Both the position numbers and the translations under genes were made by a program. Of a DNA stretch of 64,000 nucleotides, positions 40,308 through 49,224 are shown piece by piece; within the stretch, counting starts at the first letter, position 1, and every line of letters starts with the position of its first letter. Origin of the DNA: an uncultured Verrucomicrobiae bacterium (GTDB taxonomy: Bacteria > Verrucomicrobiota > Verrucomicrobiia > Limisphaerales > Palsa-1400). The stretch is from positions 416,001 to 480,000 of the forward strand of contig CAVXRD010000003.1 of assembly GCA_963764165.1 (NCBI GenBank), in the 5' to 3' direction. The notes under the pieces were generated by a model. That model ran no database searches, was not told the origin of the DNA, and saw nothing but the letters and a program-made list of their open reading frames with translations.

Positions 40308-40595
40308 ATGGAGTTTGATTGGAATAATCCACCGTTTAATCTTGATAGCTCGCTCTCGTTGCAGGCTATCGAGGAGTCGTTTGAGGATCCGTTTGCGGTG
40401 CGGTTGATGCCGGATTCGCCGCGGTTTGCGGTGCAGGCGCGGTTTTTTAATCTCGGCACGGCGGCGGATGGGTCGGGAATTTTTACGGTGTATCGCACCA
40501 ATGGCCGACAGGCGCGGGTTATTTTTGCCCGCCCGTTCGAGCCGGAGGACAAGTTTTTTTATCAGCGCAAATTGAACCAGGCGCTGGCGCAGTAA
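40308..40595 (+). CDS. BrnT-like (RelE-fold) toxin, degenerate
   Basis: MEFDW start, EESFEDP, RFFNLG, RVIFAR (cf. RIISAR), terminal FY; lacks the usual NxxKHG. Confidence 0.7.
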   Translation: MEFDWNNPPFNLDSSLSLQAIEESFEDPFAVRLMPDSPRFAVQARFFNLGTAADGSGIFTVYRTNGRQARVIFARPFEPEDKFFYQRKLNQALAQ

Positions 40596-40596
40596 T

Positions 40597-40938
40597 GTGG
40601 ATCTTGATGCAAAGCAAAGTGGAGGTTGGAGAAGCATGAATGCCATTTCAAGTTGGGAGGAGGTTCCGCTGTTTGACCGCGAGGAGGCGGAGGCGGCTTT
40701 TTGGGCGGAGTGTCGCCTGGATGTGCGGTTGATGGAGTCGTCGGCTTCGGCGAGCAATGAGCTGGCGGATTCAGTGACGATCACCCTGCGGATTGATCCG
40801 CGGATGCTGGCCCGGATTAAACGGCTGGCCCGTTCGCGGTATTTGAATTATCAAAGCATGATTAAACAGTGGCTGAGCGAGCGCATGGAACATGAAATGC
40901 GCGACCAGAAATTGGGGAATCGCTCGGCCAACGGATGA
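40597..40938 (+). CDS. CopG/BrnA-type ribbon-helix-helix antitoxin
   Basis: VPLFDREEAEAAFW, ITLRIDPRMLARIKRLA, YQSMIKQWLSE; alternative ATG at 40636. Confidence 0.78.
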   Translation: MDLDAKQSGGWRSMNAISSWEEVPLFDREEAEAAFWAECRLDVRLMESSASASNELADSVTITLRIDPRMLARIKRLARSRYLNYQSMIKQWLSERMEHEMRDQKLGNRSANG

Positions 40939-40953
40939 CGGGCTGCCAATCAC

Positions 40954-41640
40954 ATGATGAAAACCAAACTAGATAAATACGTCCGCGCGGCGTTGGCCTT
41001 TACGCTGATCGAAATGCTGACTGTCATCACGATCATGGCTATCGTGGCCGCGATGGTGGTCTCGATGGGCGCGGCGGCTTCTCAAAAGAAGAAAGTCGCC
41101 CAGGTGAAGGCTCAGGAAATTGGGCTGGTGGCCATGATTGAGAATTATTACACCAAGCTGAATTATTATCCGCCGGACAATGGCAATCTCGCCACCGCGC
41201 CACTTTACAACTATGACGGGTATGCGGCGACGAATCCCCTGCTTTATGAATTGACGGGCGGCACAAATCAAACCGCAGGCAAAAGCGGCAGCATTGTTGT
41301 TTTCAACTCGCTGAACGCCAATAATGTGATCGTTGACAATATTTACTCCAACGCGTTTGGCCGCGGCGGCATTGCCAATTCCGATCAGTCCGAACCACAT
41401 GACTTCTTTCAACCGGGGCCGAAGCCGAACGAGATTGCGCTGTACGACAACGTTAATTTGCCGTTCGTTTACGGCTTGGTTGTGCCGGTGCCGCTAACCA
41501 GCGGGACCGCACACAATTTCTGGCACTACGATTCCTCTTCTACCAACCGGCACAATATGCAGAGTTATGATATTTGGGCCGAGTATTCAATTGGCTCCAA
41601 AGGTGGAAAGCCGATTATCGCCACGAACGGAAATTTCTAA
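40954..41640 (+). CDS. prepilin-type N-terminal cleavage/methylation protein (GspG/PilE-like)
   Basis: A|FTLIEMLTVITIMAIVAAMV; MIENYYTKLNYYPPD; SYDIWA. Confidence 0.85.
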   Translation: MMKTKLDKYVRAALAFTLIEMLTVITIMAIVAAMVVSMGAAASQKKKVAQVKAQEIGLVAMIENYYTKLNYYPPDNGNLATAPLYNYDGYAATNPLLYELTGGTNQTAGKSGSIVVFNSLNANNVIVDNIYSNAFGRGGIANSDQSEPHDFFQPGPKPNEIALYDNVNLPFVYGLVVPVPLTSGTAHNFWHYDSSSTNRHNMQSYDIWAEYSIGSKGGKPIIATNGNF

Positions 41641-41646
41641 GACCAT

Positions 41647-42699
41647 ATGAATTCCTCGGCCAATAAAAATGACGGACAGCGCAAATTGCGGGTGGAGTGG
41701 CAGGATTCGCCCGCCGTGGGGCCGATGCCGCTGGTCCGGCGCAAATTGGGCCGGGCGTTCCGAATCCTCCTGCCGGCCAGGCGCGGGCCACGCCAGGTGA
41801 TTCGCGTGGGCGAAGAGGGTGCAGCCGGGTTTCGCCTGCCGTTTCGGAGGCAGGGGGCGTTTACGCTGCTGGAATTGATGATGGTTATTGCCATTATCGG
41901 GTTTGTCGCAGGGATGGTGTTTTCGCACCTGGGCAACTTTGGCAGAGCCAATGTGATGACGGCAGCCACGCGGCAGATTTTGGATGACCTCGGATTGGCC
42001 CGGCAGCGGGCGCTGTCCAGCCGCTCGACTGTTTACATGGTTTTCCTGCCGCCGGGATTTTGGAATGATCCGTACTATACGCCAACGCTTCAGGAGGCCC
42101 GGCTGGGTTACCTCGCGCCAAAAGGGAACCAGGTGACGAATTTGGTGATGCACCAATATACCGCTTACGCGCTGGTGAGCCTTTCGACGGTGGGCGATCA
42201 ACCGGGGGTGCATACGCCGCATTTCATCACCGATTGGCGGACGCTGCCCGATGGCGTGTTTTTCTCGCCGATGCAATTCACCAATCTTTATGACCCCTCC
42301 TATCCGAATTACCCGAACTATGTTAAAGCTCCGCCTTATATTACGACCTATACCACCAACACGCTAAGCGGAATCGTGGTTACAAATCCGATTTATCCTT
42401 GGAATACCAATTTTTTCCCGTTCCCCTCGGCGTATCCGCCGAATTCCTTGATGGATCTGCCGTGCATCGGATTTTCGCCGCGGGGATCGCTCACGGTGGG
42501 GGTGGATCAATCGATCATGCTGGCGCGCGGGAGCATTTTTTATCCGACGGACACCAACGGCGTTCCCCTGATGACAATTCCGCCAACGCTGCCAAATTTG
42601 GCCGAGAACCCGCCCGGCAACGACACCAACAATCCAAACGTGATTCAGATTGATTGGCTGACCGGGCGGGCGACCTTGATGCAGAATCAATTACAATGA
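41647..42699 (+). CDS. prepilin-type protein, FimT/GspH-like
   Basis: GA|FTLLELMMVIAIIG; DDLGLARQRALSSRSTVYMVF; C-terminal IDWLTGRA; about 70-aa leader. Confidence 0.85.
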   Translation: MNSSANKNDGQRKLRVEWQDSPAVGPMPLVRRKLGRAFRILLPARRGPRQVIRVGEEGAAGFRLPFRRQGAFTLLELMMVIAIIGFVAGMVFSHLGNFGRANVMTAATRQILDDLGLARQRALSSRSTVYMVFLPPGFWNDPYYTPTLQEARLGYLAPKGNQVTNLVMHQYTAYALVSLSTVGDQPGVHTPHFITDWRTLPDGVFFSPMQFTNLYDPSYPNYPNYVKAPPYITTYTTNTLSGIVVTNPIYPWNTNFFPFPSAYPPNSLMDLPCIGFSPRGSLTVGVDQSIMLARGSIFYPTDTNGVPLMTIPPTLPNLAENPPGNDTNNPNVIQIDWLTGRATLMQNQLQ

Positions 42700-43628
42700 G
42701 AACTTCAAACCTTCAGTCAGCAGACGCCAAGGAAATGCGCCGCCAGGGCGAACTGGGTTTCACCATGATTGAGATCGCCATGGCGATCGGTGTTATCGGT
42801 TTCGCCCTGGTGGCCATTATTGGCATTTTGCCGCGCGGGATGAATGTCCAGAAGGATGCCCGCGAAGATACGACCATTTCCCAGGACGCGCCCTATTTCA
42901 TGGATGCGATTCGGAACGGAATCCCGATTGGCGGCGCGTTTAATAGCAGGAATTATTACCCGGCCAATGGATTGGATTTTCTGACCAATTATGTGCAATC
43001 GATCACGTACACGGGATACAAGGATGGAGTCGCCACTTGGATCACGAATTGGTATGTATTTACCAACGGTGCGCAGATTATCGGGCTGCTTTGCGATCCG
43101 CAGAACAATTACAACAACGTCAATTTTGCCAGCAATTATTTCACGATGACGGCGACCGTCAGGGCGCTGGGCGGGCCGGCGATTTTGCAGCAAGGCGGGC
43201 CGAATAGCGGGATGAATAGCTTCATGGCTTTTACTTACAAGATGGAAGTGATGGTCATTCCGTATGGTTTTAATAACTATGTCGCGCCGGATTCGGTGGC
43301 TTTCAATAATTATGCCAGCAATTCTGAAGAAAATATCGTTCGATACAACCGTTGGCTTGCTACATATAATCAAGGGCCGGGTTACACTGCCCCAGCAGGC
43401 CTTGGCGGACCCATCCTAAACACGGCAACGGGCGCATTGGGCTACAACTTGTATACGCTCCGCCTTCGTTTTAGCTGGCCAGTAACGGCTACTGGAACTG
43501 TCGGGCCGGGACGGCAGACGTACAGCACGCTTGTGGCCGAGCCAATAACTTCGCTTATTGACGGCACGAACACACTTTGGTTCTTCCAACCGCAAACTTT
43601 TACCAACACGCCACCCGCGAATTTGTGA
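42696..43628 (+). CDS. prepilin-type protein, PilV/Verru_Chthon-B-like
   Basis: G|FTMIEIAMAIGVIGFALVAIIGILPRG; ATGA-coupled; LRLRFSWP. Confidence 0.85.
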   Translation: MRTSNLQSADAKEMRRQGELGFTMIEIAMAIGVIGFALVAIIGILPRGMNVQKDAREDTTISQDAPYFMDAIRNGIPIGGAFNSRNYYPANGLDFLTNYVQSITYTGYKDGVATWITNWYVFTNGAQIIGLLCDPQNNYNNVNFASNYFTMTATVRALGGPAILQQGGPNSGMNSFMAFTYKMEVMVIPYGFNNYVAPDSVAFNNYASNSEENIVRYNRWLATYNQGPGYTAPAGLGGPILNTATGALGYNLYTLRLRFSWPVTATGTVGPGRQTYSTLVAEPITSLIDGTNTLWFFQPQTFTNTPPANL

Positions 43629-44560
43629 AAACTCTTTCATCCAACAAGACTTTCCCGCTCGCGCGACAGCGCATGGCGGCGCTGACCATTCTGGAAATGC
43701 TGGTGTCCACCGCGATGCTGGCCTTCATCGTGCTGGGATTGACGGCGATGCTGATCCAGACCCAGAAAGCCTTTAAGAGCGGCATCAAGCAGAACACCGT
43801 TTCCGACGCTGGACATACGGTGCTCGATATGATGACGAGCGACCTTCAACTGCTGGCGGATTCGGGCAATACCAACCCTTATGGCAACAGTGTCATCGTC
43901 AGCAGCTCAGGCAGCGCCTCTAATCCCAATTTCAATTTCTATTGGGGACTCCCTAGCAGTGGCATCATCAATTCCAACAACGGCGTGGCGATTCGGACCA
44001 ACGAATTGGACAATGTGTTCTTTCTTCAGCACACCAACACAACGTGGATTGGCGTCGGCTACGCGGTCAGCAATGTGCCGGGGGCGGATTTCGGCACATT
44101 GTATCGCTACGAGACCAATTGGACGGCCCTGGCTCCGGTTTTCACCAACGACCTTTTTTCCGCTTTCTTGACGAATCTAGCCCGCTCGAATTTCTCCAGC
44201 GCCTATTGGCACAAGATTGCCGACGGCGTGATTGATCTTCGCGTGACGCCGTATGACCAGAATGGGAACGAGCCCGATTACTACAATTACCGGAGCGGAG
44301 CCACTCTCCCGCCGGGGCCCAAGCATGGCACGTATTCTGTCTACCCGATTTATCCATGGCTGGAATCGACCAATTCTTCCACCAACACCCTGCCCTACGC
44401 GGTGGAACTGGAGCTTGCCATTTTGGAGCCGTCCACGCTTTCGCAGGCGCGCGCTTTTGCGTCGATTCCAACGGCGCTCACAGCGTTCCTTTCCAGCAAC
44501 GCCGCGCCGAACATGGAAGTCTTTCGCCAGCGCATAACGATTAACGCAGCCATCCGATGA
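43625..44560 (+). CDS. prepilin-type protein, PilW/GspJ-like
   Basis: A|LTILEMLVSTAML; VLDMMTSDL; GTLYRYE; IADGVIDL; LPYAVELEL; GTGA-coupled. Confidence 0.83.
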   Translation: MKTLSSNKTFPLARQRMAALTILEMLVSTAMLAFIVLGLTAMLIQTQKAFKSGIKQNTVSDAGHTVLDMMTSDLQLLADSGNTNPYGNSVIVSSSGSASNPNFNFYWGLPSSGIINSNNGVAIRTNELDNVFFLQHTNTTWIGVGYAVSNVPGADFGTLYRYETNWTALAPVFTNDLFSAFLTNLARSNFSSAYWHKIADGVIDLRVTPYDQNGNEPDYYNYRSGATLPPGPKHGTYSVYPIYPWLESTNSSTNTLPYAVELELAILEPSTLSQARAFASIPTALTAFLSSNAAPNMEVFRQRITINAAIR

Positions 44561-47500
44561 AATCACACTCACAGCACACAGTCAGCGGCGCGGCCGATAA
44601 GAATTTAAAGGCAGGGACGCATCTGGGAAGCGGAAATCCCGCCCGAGGCGTCCGCGCTTACGGAGACAATCACGCGCAACCGGACGCCTCGGCGAGGCGT
44701 CCCTACCTCAAAAATGGACGCGATGGCGTGGCGCTGGTCATCACTTTGCTGATGCTTTCGGTCATCACGTTTCTGGCGGTTGCCTTTCTCTCCATGACCC
44801 AGCGAAATCGCGCTTCGATTGGCGCGGGATTGGATCAGACCAGCGCCCGAACGCTGGCGGACGCGGCCCAAGCGCGGGCGGAAGCGGAAATCATGGCCAA
44901 CATGCTCGCGCACGGTGATCCGTATTACTATGACTACATGGTGTCGCAATTCTATCGCGGCTCATCCAACAACGGCCCCACGATTGGCTCGTATGACCCG
45001 AACAACGCCAATTATGAGTATTTCCTTACCCAAGCAGGCGGTAATTACAACAGTTCGGCGCGAGGCGGCGCGGCCTGGGCGCAAAACATCGCCAATTTAT
45101 ATTACGATCCCTGCCCGCCCGTCTTCATCGTCACGAACCCGGCGCTGTATCCGGCCAACTCCGATTTTCGTTTCTGGGTGGATATCAATCGGAATGGAAG
45201 ATTTGAAACCAACGGGTTTATAACGAATATCTTGGACAATGGCAAGGCCAACACAAATTCTCTCTGGGCATATGGGGAGCCGGAATGGATTGGCATCTTG
45301 CGAGATCCGCTTCACCCGCACTCGAGCAGCAACCAGTTCATCGGACGCTATGCTTACATGGTTCTGCCAATCGGCAAGACGCTGGATTTGAATTATATTG
45401 GCAACTTTCTGAAAGGCCCATATATACAGAACTCATCTGGCCCTACGAACAACAGCGCCGCCTATGATTTTTATCCTGACGGATTCGCGCGGGATCAGGG
45501 TATCGGTTCATGGGAGTTGAATCTGGCTGGAGTATTCGAAGACCTTAACCAGTGGGCTTACGAGACACCCATGATCGGATCGTATCCCGGGAGCCTGATC
45601 AGAAGCTATAACCCATACACCTACAACCCGCCCGAGTTTGTCAGCGCGGTTGTGGTGAACCCGAATTCGGGATCAGCATTCTCGGACGCGCAGGCGATTA
45701 TTCACTACCGTTACGGCAACCCGTTTTACGGATTGGCCACCTTGCAACAAAATTTTCAATATTTCGGCAGCTCCAACTTTAGCTACGCGGGCTTCCAGTC
45801 CAATGTAATGGATCTGTATTGCCTAGCTTCTTCGCCAACCAACTATATCCCGGGCGGAAACGGAGTTGTGGGTAATTTCCCAGCCCAAACCCCTTTGAAT
45901 CCTTGGCCCGGCAGCTACCAAACAAATTTATTTTTCGACATCCAAGATCTCTTCGACCCGACAAAGACGTCTGCCTATTTCACCAACCGCTTATTATTGG
46001 CTTCGGAGCGGACGAATTCGTACGATCGTTACACCTTCCAACGACTTTTGACCGTTCTCGGGACAGGCTCGACTCCAGAGTATGGCGTTTGGATCAATAA
46101 TGATTATTTTGGCTACACCTATCCCACGATCAACCAATCGCTCCGCACGAAGGTCAACATCAACTTTGACAACTCGTCGCAAATCCGCAACCCTCGCGCG
46201 CCTTACGTTCTCATGCCCAATCCCACGAACTTGTATTCGTGGTCGCCGATTGGTTTCTTCACCAATGCGGCTGAATTGCTCCTGCGATCACAGACCTTTG
46301 GCTATAGCAATATCATCTTCCAGTCGCCGACTATGGCACAGAACGCGTCCAATCCCGTGATTTGGGCGCAGTTTGGCCTTACGAATATCCCGATTTACCG
46401 AACGAACCAGCCCGGCATTCGGTATAACGCCTCGGTACACCGGATGCTGCAATTGGCAGCCAATATTTACGACGCGACGGTCGATACTCATATAGCGTCA
46501 GCGTCTTTTGCAAAAGGGGGCACGCCGCCGCCTTTCCGATACCCCTCCGTATTCCGGCCCGTGTTCGGGCTCGGGACAAACGGCACTAACATAGGCATCA
46601 ATATCACAGGTTACGTGCAGATGAGTGGTTACAACGCTGCGGCGCAAATAATAACGAACGCTTATTACGATTTGCCGACGGCATATTCGATGTTGCTGCG
46701 GAATAGCACGCTGGGTTCGAACATCAACATCTGGGGAATCCCGTGGATCGTGGGTGCCAATAAAGGGCTGCCGCAGTTTTACCAGTATAGCTATGATTCA
46801 GGATTTATATATCAACGAAAGCTGCTTTTTCAAAGAGCCGCGGCAAATGCGTCCATTCCCAACACGAACGTCCCGCCGCAATACACCAATCAGTTTTACA
46901 CCATGTCGATGACAAACAACTTTGGGATGGATGCATTCAATCCGTATCCCACCCCATTCACCGGATCAATCGCAGAGGGCGGCGGCACGTCAGTCTACAT
47001 TTCCAATTTCATCACCATTACGATCACCAATAATTATAACAGCCAGATTCTCCCCATCTACATCACCAATGTCTACCCGCCGCTCAATCTGGCTACCAAG
47101 ACATTTCAATGGACAGGTTGGTCCGGCGGGAATGCCCAAAATGGATTCCAGACGTTCTTTAATTCGAACATGACAATCCTGCCCCCGTGCTATTATTCTG
47201 AGAGCCAGAAGGCGTTGGTTTTGCTCACCAATGGCTTCCTCGCGGGCGATCTCCAGCAAACCCATTGGCCAGTTTATAATTGGACGGTGAACATCACGAA
47301 TCATGTCGTGTATGCCCTGTTTGATGGTCCGCTGGCAAAAGGAGTTTTGTTGGATTATGTGAATCTCGGACCCTTTGGAAGCTCGCTTCCCATAGAGCAC
47401 ATCCTTGATACCGCTTCAGCATCAGGATCTCCGGGAGGCGCATTCGGTGGCGGGGGTAGCGGCGTATTAGGCGGCCTTTGGGTGAGAGGGAATGCAACCG

Positions 47501-48684
47501 ACGCTCCCAATTCTCCGGCTTCCCAGGGAATGCTGAACCAAATTCAACAGGGCATGACGAACGCGACGTATCAGAATGACATGAAGGGTGTTGCTGCTAA
47601 CAGCATCAATCTTCCCTACCATGCGGGCTTTTTCTTTGGTGATCCTGCTCCCGCCATTGCCGTGGTGACTAATATGCCTGTATTTGTCGCCAACGACCCA
47701 ATGGTGCATTATACCATCGACGACTTGATCAACCCTGGGATCGTGAGCTACGCAGCGTTGGCGCCTCCGCCGGTTCCCATGGTGACGAACACATTGGGCG
47801 TCGTAAATGCCACGCGTTATTTGCCTTGGGGAGCCAACGGCGTCAGCACGATTGGCAGCAACGACATGTTGTACAGGGATCCGTTAATGTTCAGCGCCAC
47901 GAACTGGGATTTCCCCACCAACAAATTTCCTGGCATAGGCTGGCTTGGCCGCGTTCACAGAGGCACGCCGTGGCAAACGATTTATCTAAAGGCGGATAAT
48001 CCCGCAAATTCGACCACTCCAACTAATCTGTGGGCTAGTTCGTGGGTGACCACTCCTTGGTTCGCTCCCGAGCATGCGCCGGAAACATATCCAACCAATG
48101 ATTGGAAGCTGCTGGATCTTTTCACCTGTGCGCCGAATGATGATGCTGTGCGAGGCCTCCTGTCGGTGAACCAAACCAACGTCGCCGCATGGGCGGCTCT
48201 GTATGCAGGAGTGATGGCTCCGACCAACAGCACGGACACGACGCAGATACTGCCGGGCGATGTATACAATCTCGTCGACGCCTCAGTGCCTAATACGATC
48301 AACGATTGGCGCGCCAATTACACCAATGGCGTCTTCCACCATATCGGCGAGATTCTCGGCGCACCGGCATTGACGACGCAATCGCCGTTCCTCGCCATGC
48401 ATAATGTGAGCGCTACCAGCGTCAACGATGAAATCGTGGAGCGCATTCCGCAGCAAACGATGGGGCTGGTGAAACTGGGCGAGCCGCAATTTGTCATCCT
48501 GTCGTGGGGGCAATCGCTGAAGCCGAAAGGGGCGCCATATTTGGGGAACGACGTCAATAAGGGCATTTACACGAACTACGAAATCACCGGCGAATTCGAG
48601 ACCCGCACCGTTTGCCATTTAGTTCACACCAACGGCTTGAAAATGGTGGTCGACAGCTTCAATGTTGAAAACGGCGGGAATTAA
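44557..48684 (+). CDS. giant PilX/GspK-like minor pilin with large extracellular domain (Verru_Chthon-A-like)
   Basis: G|VALVITLLMLSVITFLAVAF (no Glu5), ARTLADAA, GRYAY, KVNIN, GLLSVNQT, FVILSWGQSL; DINRNGRFE Ca-loop-like motif. Confidence 0.8.
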   Translation: MKSHSQHTVSGAADKNLKAGTHLGSGNPARGVRAYGDNHAQPDASARRPYLKNGRDGVALVITLLMLSVITFLAVAFLSMTQRNRASIGAGLDQTSARTLADAAQARAEAEIMANMLAHGDPYYYDYMVSQFYRGSSNNGPTIGSYDPNNANYEYFLTQAGGNYNSSARGGAAWAQNIANLYYDPCPPVFIVTNPALYPANSDFRFWVDINRNGRFETNGFITNILDNGKANTNSLWAYGEPEWIGILRDPLHPHSSSNQFIGRYAYMVLPIGKTLDLNYIGNFLKGPYIQNSSGPTNNSAAYDFYPDGFARDQGIGSWELNLAGVFEDLNQWAYETPMIGSYPGSLIRSYNPYTYNPPEFVSAVVVNPNSGSAFSDAQAIIHYRYGNPFYGLATLQQNFQYFGSSNFSYAGFQSNVMDLYCLASSPTNYIPGGNGVVGNFPAQTPLNPWPGSYQTNLFFDIQDLFDPTKTSAYFTNRLLLASERTNSYDRYTFQRLLTVLGTGSTPEYGVWINNDYFGYTYPTINQSLRTKVNINFDNSSQIRNPRAPYVLMPNPTNLYSWSPIGFFTNAAELLLRSQTFGYSNIIFQSPTMAQNASNPVIWAQFGLTNIPIYRTNQPGIRYNASVHRMLQLAANIYDATVDTHIASASFAKGGTPPPFRYPSVFRPVFGLGTNGTNIGINITGYVQMSGYNAAAQIITNAYYDLPTAYSMLLRNSTLGSNINIWGIPWIVGANKGLPQFYQYSYDSGFIYQRKLLFQRAAANASIPNTNVPPQYTNQFYTMSMTNNFGMDAFNPYPTPFTGSIAEGGGTSVYISNFITITITNNYNSQILPIYITNVYPPLNLATKTFQWTGWSGGNAQNGFQTFFNSNMTILPPCYYSESQKALVLLTNGFLAGDLQQTHWPVYNWTVNITNHVVYALFDGPLAKGVLLDYVNLGPFGSSLPIEHILDTASASGSPGGAFGGGGSGVLGGLWVRGNATDAPNSPASQGMLNQIQQGMTNATYQNDMKGVAANSINLPYHAGFFFGDPAPAIAVVTNMPVFVANDPMVHYTIDDLINPGIVSYAALAPPPVPMVTNTLGVVNATRYLPWGANGVSTIGSNDMLYRDPLMFSATNWDFPTNKFPGIGWLGRVHRGTPWQTIYLKADNPANSTTPTNLWASSWVTTPWFAPEHAPETYPTNDWKLLDLFTCAPNDDAVRGLLSVNQTNVAAWAALYAGVMAPTNSTDTTQILPGDVYNLVDASVPNTINDWRANYTNGVFHHIGEILGAPALTTQSPFLAMHNVSATSVNDEIVERIPQQTMGLVKLGEPQFVILSWGQSLKPKGAPYLGNDVNKGIYTNYEITGEFETRTVCHLVHTNGLKMVVDSFNVENGGN
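44602..44707. repeat. REP/MITE family B inside the prepilin leader
   Basis: GGCAGGGACGC...CCGAGGCGTCC...GGACGCCTCGGCGAGGCGTCCCTACC. Confidence 0.85.
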
Positions 48685-48752
48685 GCGGCTGCCGTCCGCC
48701 GCAACTGAACATGAGACCTGATTTTGCCGGAAAACCAAGAGGGGCGTGGTGT

Positions 48753-48858
48753 AATTTGAAGGTACGGACGCCTATGGGAAGCGGACCTTCCGCCCGAGGC
48801 GTCCGGGTTTGCGCACGAACGGAGCCTCACCCTGGACCCCTTGGCGAGGCGCATTCTA
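48753..48858. repeat. REP/MITE family B
   Basis: 45/53 identical to 44602-44654; spacer GCGCACGAA...ACCCTGGAC shared with the 31311 copy. Confidence 0.8.
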
Positions 48859-48863
48859 TAAGA

Positions 48864-49077
48864 GATGCCGGAGGCATCGCAGCTTGTAGCCGGTGGTCGA
48901 GCGAAGCGATACCACCGGATAAAACGATGGGATTGATCCACCCCGGCAGGGGTGGCAGCCACGCTCCATGGCAGCGACGCTGGCATCCTTTCAGGATGCC
49001 TGGCAATTTGGGGGCATTTTACCGGTGGTATCGCTCCGCTCAACCACCGGCTACAAGCTTCCATCCCTGCCGGGATG
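48864..49077. repeat. long multi-hairpin REP-like element
   Basis: 38-bp IR with 2 mismatches (48881-48918 / 49022-49059) plus internal and terminal hairpins GATGCCGGAGGCATC, GGCATCCTTTCAGGATGCC, CATCCCTGCCGGGATG. Confidence 0.85.
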
Positions 49078-49224
49078 CAGCCAAGCAAGTCCAATCGGGG
49101 CTCGATCGGAAGTTCCGCCTCCCGAGAGTCTCGCCCTGTCGTTTGATGTCCCCGCGTCTTTCCGCTGGCAACAACGCTTTGGTACTGTTAGATTCCCACG
49201 CGTCTCAAGAATTTGGAGGAAATA

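Noticed and set aside
41698..41775. Weak inverted repeat in the long FimT-like leader (GGCAGGATTCG...CGAATCCTCCTGCC)
   Set aside because: Too degenerate to assign to a repeat family, though it could be an old insert.
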